This document shows positions 58,482 to 64,000 of a DNA stretch of 64,000 nucleotides, one piece after another. Position numbers and translations under genes: made by a program. Within the stretch, counting starts at the first letter, position 1. Each line of letters opens with the position of its first letter. Origin of the DNA: a virus. The notes under the pieces were generated by a model. The model saw only the letters and a list, made by a program, of their open reading frames with translations, had not been told where the DNA came from and ran no database searches. The stretch lies in IMG/VR virus record IMGVR_UViG_3300031687_000001, positions 1-64,000 of that record; one strand, given 5' to 3'.

Positions 58482-61400
58482 TTATACGTCGATGTAAGTA
58501 GAGATCACTTTAACCGATGCAGTAACTGAATCAGTAGTATATGTCAATTCAACGTTAGTTCCGTTCATTGCCACAGAAGCATCACCAATCAATGAAGCGC
58601 CAGTGTAAACCATTGCGAATTCAGTGATATATGCTGATGTACCGTCATGAATAACTAATGCTTCACGAGTCTCGTATTCACCTGATACGCTATCACTAAC
58701 TTGGATAACATACTTAGCTGAACGATGAGCAGTACCGTCAAACGTATCTACAACATTACCAGATGTTCCTGCTGAAACGTCTATTCCTTGTGTGAAGGCT
58801 TTGATGTTTCCTGCAAGTTTCTCAGAAGTAACCTGACCATCTATCAATACTGGATCTAATCCAGCCTGTGGTGAAACTACAACTACCTGTGTGTCAGTTG
58901 GAATTGCTGATACGAAAGTAATTGTTGATGCACTATCATCGATAGTATAGTGAGTAGATGGATCTTGAATAACACCGCCTACGAATACCATTGCTTGCGC
59001 TTGTGACGCGTCAATAGTTAATGCGTATGTAGTTGCAACACCGTCACCAGCGATAGTCTGACGACCATTGCTTACGAAGATTGTTAGTGGATCTACAAGT
59101 TCCATACCAGATAAGTCTTGCTTAACTGCTAGAACGTATTCTGCCTTACCAGTGTAATCAACATCTGATACATCTGTTAAGTCTAATACTGATTCGTTAG
59201 TATCAATAGTGATAACACCTGTTGCCGAATCATATGCTGCTAATCCGTTACCAGCCGTATCTACAACACTCAATGCTGCGCGTGCGCGTGCATCTGTGAA
59301 GTATAATGATGAACCTTCAGTTAGATCGTCTGTTGTATAAAGAGACATATCTTGTGCTGATATAGCTGCATCTAGTACTGCTTTAGATACTGCATCACCC
59401 GGAAGTGTTGCTGTTCCTAATCCAGTTACCAATCCGCCTGACATAGCAACGTTGCCAGTCATTGTTCCACCAGATAATGCCAACTTAGTATCAATGTTAG
59501 ATTGTAGAGTTGTATCTGCTGTTGCAAATTCACTACGAATTGCTCCACGATCGGTAGTTGCTGCTGAATCACCTGCGATACGGTCATCAACTTCTGTTGA
59601 TAATGCACTCGACAAAGCGCCTTCTGCTGCTAATGCACGAACTTCTTCGTCTGAGATTGCTGTTGCGTTGCCAGTTACTAACGTAGTTAGATCAGTGTCT
59701 GCGTCTTGGAATGCACTTACGATTTCTGTAAGTGAATCAAGTGCTGCTGCATCAGTGTTAGAGATAACATTGTTTACAGTTGCTGTCAACGAGTCAATAT
59801 TACCCTGTAGAGTAGTATCATCTGCTAAACGTGTTGCTGCTTCTGTTACTAGATCATCTGCTACACCACTAATTGCGTTCGCGTTAACTAACTCTGCATT
59901 GGCTGCACGAGTTGCTTCTGCTGTGATATTGCCTGCGTTTGCAAGTTCTGCTGCACGGGCTGTAGTTGCTTCTGCTGCCAAGTTAGATGTTAGAGTTGAA
60001 TCTGCTGCAATGCGTGCAACTTCTTCTGCTTTAACTGCTGCATCAATCTTCATATCTGCATCTGCAAGAGATGTAGCTGTATCGTGGAAGTTTGATGTAG
60101 TTGGAGCAACATAAGTACCGTCAGTTGCTAAACCAGCACCTGATTGTGTAGATGTCATTTCAACTAAGTTAGCTGCTGATACCGCTGCGTTTGCAAGTTC
60201 TGCTGCACGTGCTGTAGTTGCTTCTGCTGATATAGCATTTGCGTTTGCAAGTTCTGCTGCACGAGATGTTACTGCTTCTGCGTTAATGTTATCTTGTAAT
60301 GTATTATCATTCGCTAAACGCGTTGCTGCTTCTGCTACGTCTGCTGCGTCTGATGTTACTGCACGAGCAACGTCCTTAGCTTCTGCTGATGCAATCGCCG
60401 CTACCTGAGCTTCATTTGCTTTAGTAGTTGCATCTAATGTAGCACGAATTTCTTCGTCTGAGATTGCTGTTGCGTTAGTTGCTGCTGCTGCTGCGTTAAC
60501 GCCTTCTGCTGCACGAGATGTTACTGCTTCTGCTGCTACTGCGTCAGTTAGAACAAGTTCTGCTGCACGTGCTGTAGTTGCTTCTGCTGATATAGCATTT
60601 ACGTTTGCAAGTTCTGCTGCACGAGCGGTTACTGCTTCTGCTGCGATCGCTGTTTCGTTAGTTGCAATATCTGTTACATTTGCTGCGATATCTGTTACAT
60701 TTGCTGCGATAGCCGATGCGTTAGATGCTACTGCTGTTGTAAGAACACCTTCTGCTGCTATTGCACGAGTTTCTTCGTCTGAAATTGCTGTTGCATTTGC
60801 AGATTCTGCTGCGCGGGCTGTAGATGCTTCAGTTGAGATCGCTGTTGCGTTAGATGCTACTGCTGTTGTAAGAACACCTTCTGCTGCTACTGCACGAGAT
60901 TCTTCAGTTGAGATTGCTGTTGCATTTGCAGATTCTGCTGCGCGGGCTGTAGATGCTTCAGTTGAGATCGCTGTTGCGTTTGCAAGTTCTGCTGCACGTG
61001 CTGTAGTTGCTTCTGCTGATATAGCATTTGCGTTTGCAAGTTCTGCTGCACGAGATGTTACTGCTTCTGCTGCTACTGCTGATGTAAGAACACCTTCAGC
61101 TGCTACTGCACGAGATACTTCAGTTGCTAAGTTAGTTGTTAGTACACCATCTGCTGATGCGAACTCAGTACGAATCGCTGCGCGATCTGTTGAAGCCGTT
61201 GCTGCCAATGCAGTAATTGCACCATTGATATCTGAATCAGCATCCTGGAATGCAGTTACGATTTCAGTCAATGAATCCAATGCGTCTGGATCAGTATTAC
61301 TAATAATGCTGTTGATAGATGCTAAGTTAGCGTCAACATCTGTACGTAAACCAGATTCAATTCCAGTTGCACGAGTTTCTTCATCTGATATTGCTGTTGC

Positions 61401-64000
61401 GTTTGCAAGTTCTGCTGCGCGAGATGTTACTGCTTCTGCTGCTACTGCGTCAGTTAGAACAAGTTCTGCTGCACGTGCTGTAGTTGCTTCTGCTGCTACT
61501 GCGTCAGTTAGAACACCTTCTGCTGCACGTGCTGTAGTTGCTTCAGTTGAGATCGCTGTTACGTTAGATGCGATATCTGATGCGTTAGTTGCGATATCTG
61601 AATCATTTGCTGCGATATCTGATGCGTTAGTTGCTACTGCTGTTGTAAGAACACCTTCTGCTGCTATTGCACGAGTTTCTTCGTCTGATACTGCTGTTGC
61701 GTTTACACCTTCTGCTGTTGTTGCACGTGTAACTTCTGCTGCTACTGCGTCAGTTAGAACACCTTCTGCTGTTACTGCACGAGTTTCTTCATCTGAGATT
61801 GCAGTTGCGTTTGCAGATTCTGCTGCTCTTGCGATGCCTGCTTCGGTGATGATTGCTGATGCGTTAATTGCGATATTGCCAACGTTAGTTGAGATTGCAG
61901 TGTCATGTGCGTTGTCTTTATCTGTTGCACGAGATACTTCGTTTGAAATAGATGTTGCATTTGCAAGTTCTGCTGCACGGGCTGCTGATGCTTCTGCTGC
62001 TAAACCATTAGTTAGAACAAGTTCTGCTGCTGTTGCACGTGTAACTTCTGCTGCTAAGTTAGTAGTTAAAGTTAAATCTGCCGCTGCGCGATCGGTTGCT
62101 TCTTGTGAAATATCTGATGCGTTAGTTACGATATCAGATTGTGCAGTTTCCATGTCGCCTTCAAGTGCTGTTGCACGCAAAGATAATGCGTCATCTGCTG
62201 CGTCTGATGTAACTGCACGAGCTACGTCTTTTGCTTCTGCTGATGCAATTGCATCTGCTTCTGCTGCGTCTGCTTTAGTTGTTGCATCTGTACTTGCTGT
62301 TGCAATTGCACCTGCTTCTGCTGCGTCTGCTTTAGTAGTCGCGTCTGCTGATGCTGTTGCTGCACGTACTACGTCTTTTGCTTCTGCTGCTAATAGTGCT
62401 GCGTCTGCCTTAGATGTTGCGTCTGCTGATGCTGTTGCAACTGATGCTGAATCACCTGCGATACGGTTAGCAACTTCTGTTGAATCTGCTGTCTGCAATG
62501 CTGCGATTTCGCCGCCTGTAGTTGCAATTTCTTCATTCAATGCTGTTGTGATCAAACCTTCAGAAATACCTACTTCTGTACGGATCAATGCACGATCAGT
62601 TGCTGCTGCGTTGATTGCTGCTGTGTGAGCAGAATCAGCTGTTTCAAATGCTGAAACAATCTCAGTCAATGAATCAAGTGCTGCTGCGTCTGTGTTGCTG
62701 ATAATGTTAGCAATTGCTGATGCGTTAGATGCAATATCTGCTTCTGCATCTGTTACACGAACTTCTACTGCATTTGTGTCAGTGTGTAGTTCGTTGATAC
62801 CGCCTGCAAATGTTTGCGCGATTGTATCTAGTGGATCAGTACCGTTGCCTTCTTCTAGTAATGTTAGACGTGATTCTGCATCGTCCATTTCAGTTTCTAG
62901 GGTAGTTGCACGACCATCTAGTGCTGTGTCAGCTGCGTCTGATGTAACTGCACGAGCTACGTCTTTTGCTTCTGCTGATGCAATTGCATCTGCTTCTGCT
63001 GTGTCTGCTTTTGAAGTTGCGTCTGCTGCTGCTGTTGCAATTGCGTCTGCTTCTGCTGTATCTGCATAACCCTGTAGTGCTGTAGTTTGTAGTGCGTCTG
63101 CTGCTGCAAATTCTGAACGTACTGCTGTGTCTGCGTTTGCACGAGCTGTCATTTCGTCAGAAATAGAGTCTGCGTTTGCAAGTTCTGCTGCACGGGCTGT
63201 AGATGCTTCAGTTGAGATCGCTGTTGTTAGAGTAGTAACATCAGCGTTTGTTGCTGAGATTTCTGCTGCCAAACCTGAAGTCAATGTAACAATATCACCT
63301 TCGTTTGCTGTTACACGTGCGTCAAGATCGTTGTCGCCCGCGATGCGTGCTGCTGTCTCAGTTGATACTGCTGATGTAAGAACACCTTCAGCTGCTTGTG
63401 CGCGAGAAATTTCTGCTGCTATATCATCAGCGTTAACACCTTCTGCTGCTGTTGCACGTACCACTTCATTTGAGATAGCAGTTGCGTTAGCCGTGATAGA
63501 TGCTGACAATGCACTATCTGATGACTGAAATTCTGCAACAATTTCTGCTAATGAATCCAATGCTGCTGGATCAACGTTAGCGAGGATGTTTGTTATTTGT
63601 GTTTGCAATGCCAAATCAGCTGATTGATAAGCTGTTTCGATTGCATTCTCACGTGTTGTTGCACGAGTTGCTTCTGCTGAAATATCGCCTGCGAGTACGA
63701 TTTCTGCTGCTAATGCGCGTTCTGCTTCTGCTGAAATATCGCCTGCGTTTGCAAGTTCTGCTGCACGAGCGATCTGTGCTTCTGCTGCTACTGCATTTGA
63801 AATATCAGTTGCTACTGCTGCCTGTGCACGGGCGTCAGTAAAGTACTTGTTAGTACCTTCTGCTAAATCATTAGTTGAATATGAACCGATAAGGTCTGCT
63901 GCTGTTACTTTGCGCAATGATGCGTCCGACGCGCTGTGTAATAAGAAGGTGTCTAGCGATGCTACCGACTCAGAACCAGTTTGACCTGATACTGATGATG
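58482..64000 (-). CDS. Giant Ala-rich coiled-coil fibre protein (>1830 aa, start beyond window)
   Basis: Frame stays open past the TTG at 63917 to the window end; 18-aa AEATTARAAE repeats; LDSL.EIV motif x4; C-terminal RSAKYVIQV domain. Confidence 0.8.
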   Translation of the reverse strand, partial: SSVSGQTGSESVASLDTFLLHSASDASLRKVTAADLIGSYSTNDLAEGTNKYFTDARAQAAVATDISNAVAAEAQIARAAELANAGDISAEAERALAAEIVLAGDISAEATRATTRENAIETAYQSADLALQTQITNILANVDPAALDSLAEIVAEFQSSDSALSASITANATAISNEVVRATAAEGVNADDIAAEISRAQAAEGVLTSAVSTETAARIAGDNDLDARVTANEGDIVTLTSGLAAEISATNADVTTLTTAISTEASTARAAELANADSISDEMTARANADTAVRSEFAAADALQTTALQGYADTAEADAIATAAADATSKADTAEADAIASAEAKDVARAVTSDAADTALDGRATTLETEMDDAESRLTLLEEGNGTDPLDTIAQTFAGGINELHTDTNAVEVRVTDAEADIASNASAIANIISNTDAAALDSLTEIVSAFETADSAHTAAINAAATDRALIRTEVGISEGLITTALNEEIATTGGEIAALQTADSTEVANRIAGDSASVATASADATSKADAALLAAEAKDVVRAATASADATTKADAAEAGAIATASTDATTKADAAEADAIASAEAKDVARAVTSDAADDALSLRATALEGDMETAQSDIVTNASDISQEATDRAAADLTLTTNLAAEVTRATAAELVLTNGLAAEASAARAAELANATSISNEVSRATDKDNAHDTAISTNVGNIAINASAIITEAGIARAAESANATAISDEETRAVTAEGVLTDAVAAEVTRATTAEGVNATAVSDEETRAIAAEGVLTTAVATNASDIAANDSDIATNASDIASNVTAISTEATTARAAEGVLTDAVAAEATTARAAELVLTDAVAAEAVTSRAAELANATAISDEETRATGIESGLRTDVDANLASINSIISNTDPDALDSLTEIVTAFQDADSDINGAITALAATASTDRAAIRTEFASADGVLTTNLATEVSRAVAAEGVLTSAVAAEAVTSRAAELANANAISAEATTARAAELANATAISTEASTARAAESANATAISTEESRAVAAEGVLTTAVASNATAISTEASTARAAESANATAISDEETRAIAAEGVLTTAVASNASAIAANVTDIAANVTDIATNETAIAAEAVTARAAELANVNAISAEATTARAAELVLTDAVAAEAVTSRAAEGVNAAAAATNATAISDEEIRATLDATTKANEAQVAAIASAEAKDVARAVTSDAADVAEAATRLANDNTLQDNINAEAVTSRAAELANANAISAEATTARAAELANAAVSAANLVEMTSTQSGAGLATDGTYVAPTTSNFHDTATSLADADMKIDAAVKAEEVARIAADSTLTSNLAAEATTARAAELANAGNITAEATRAANAELVNANAISGVADDLVTEAATRLADDTTLQGNIDSLTATVNNVISNTDAAALDSLTEIVSAFQDADTDLTTLVTGNATAISDEEVRALAAEGALSSALSTEVDDRIAGDSAATTDRGAIRSEFATADTTLQSNIDTKLALSGGTMTGNVAMSGGLVTGLGTATLPGDAVSKAVLDAAISAQDMSLYTTDDLTEGSSLYFTDARARAALSVVDTAGNGLAAYDSATGVITIDTNESVLDLTDVSDVDYTGKAEYVLAVKQDLSGMELVDPLTIFVSNGRQTIAGDGVATTYALTIDASQAQAMVFVGGVIQDPSTHYTIDDSASTITFVSAIPTDTQVVVVSPQAGLDPVLIDGQVTSEKLAGNIKAFTQGIDVSAGTSGNVVDTFDGTAHRSAKYVIQVSDSVSGEYETREALVIHDGTSAYITEFAMVYTGASLIGDASVAMNGTNVELTYTTDSVTASVKVISTYIDV

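Noticed and set aside
59452-63841. Long plus-strand ORFs (220, 467, 125, 133 aa) and Gln-rich alternative-frame ORFs in the fibre genes
   Set aside because: Shadow frames of GCA/ACT-rich repetitive coding sequence.

Overview
A 64-kb, AT-rich segment of a large lytic T4-superfamily myovirus (jumbo-phage-like gene order; no cellular genes, tRNAs, rRNA genes or CRISPR seen). Almost everything is on the minus strand. It holds a head/internal-protein cluster, then replication and recombination genes (exonuclease, gp41 helicase, gp61 primase, a 192-aa minimal DnaE-like polymerase, gp62-like loader, UvsW, UvsY, UvsX, gp32). Packaging, neck and tail genes follow (gp17, gp4, gp19, gp18, gp13, and divergent gp14/gp15), then two glycosyltransferases and a ~21-kb array of seven tail-fibre-like genes, four of them paralogues with a near-identical N-terminus. 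Perfect sigma70 promoters and T4-type late promoters (nATAAATA) are visible. The most unusual signals are non-coding. (1) An intergenic element at 25549-25683 gives a transcript antisense (21/22 nt, plus a second 8-nt arm) to 23S rRNA helix 69/70. (2) Two copies of a covarying multi-hairpin RNA sit exactly 7 nt after fibre-gene stop codons, and their conserved arms are complementary to the 5' end of 16S rRNA. (3) A conserved leader hairpin precedes three fibre genes. Together these suggest phage RNAs that engage host rRNA; this is a hypothesis. All protein and rRNA identifications come from recalled motifs, not database searches.
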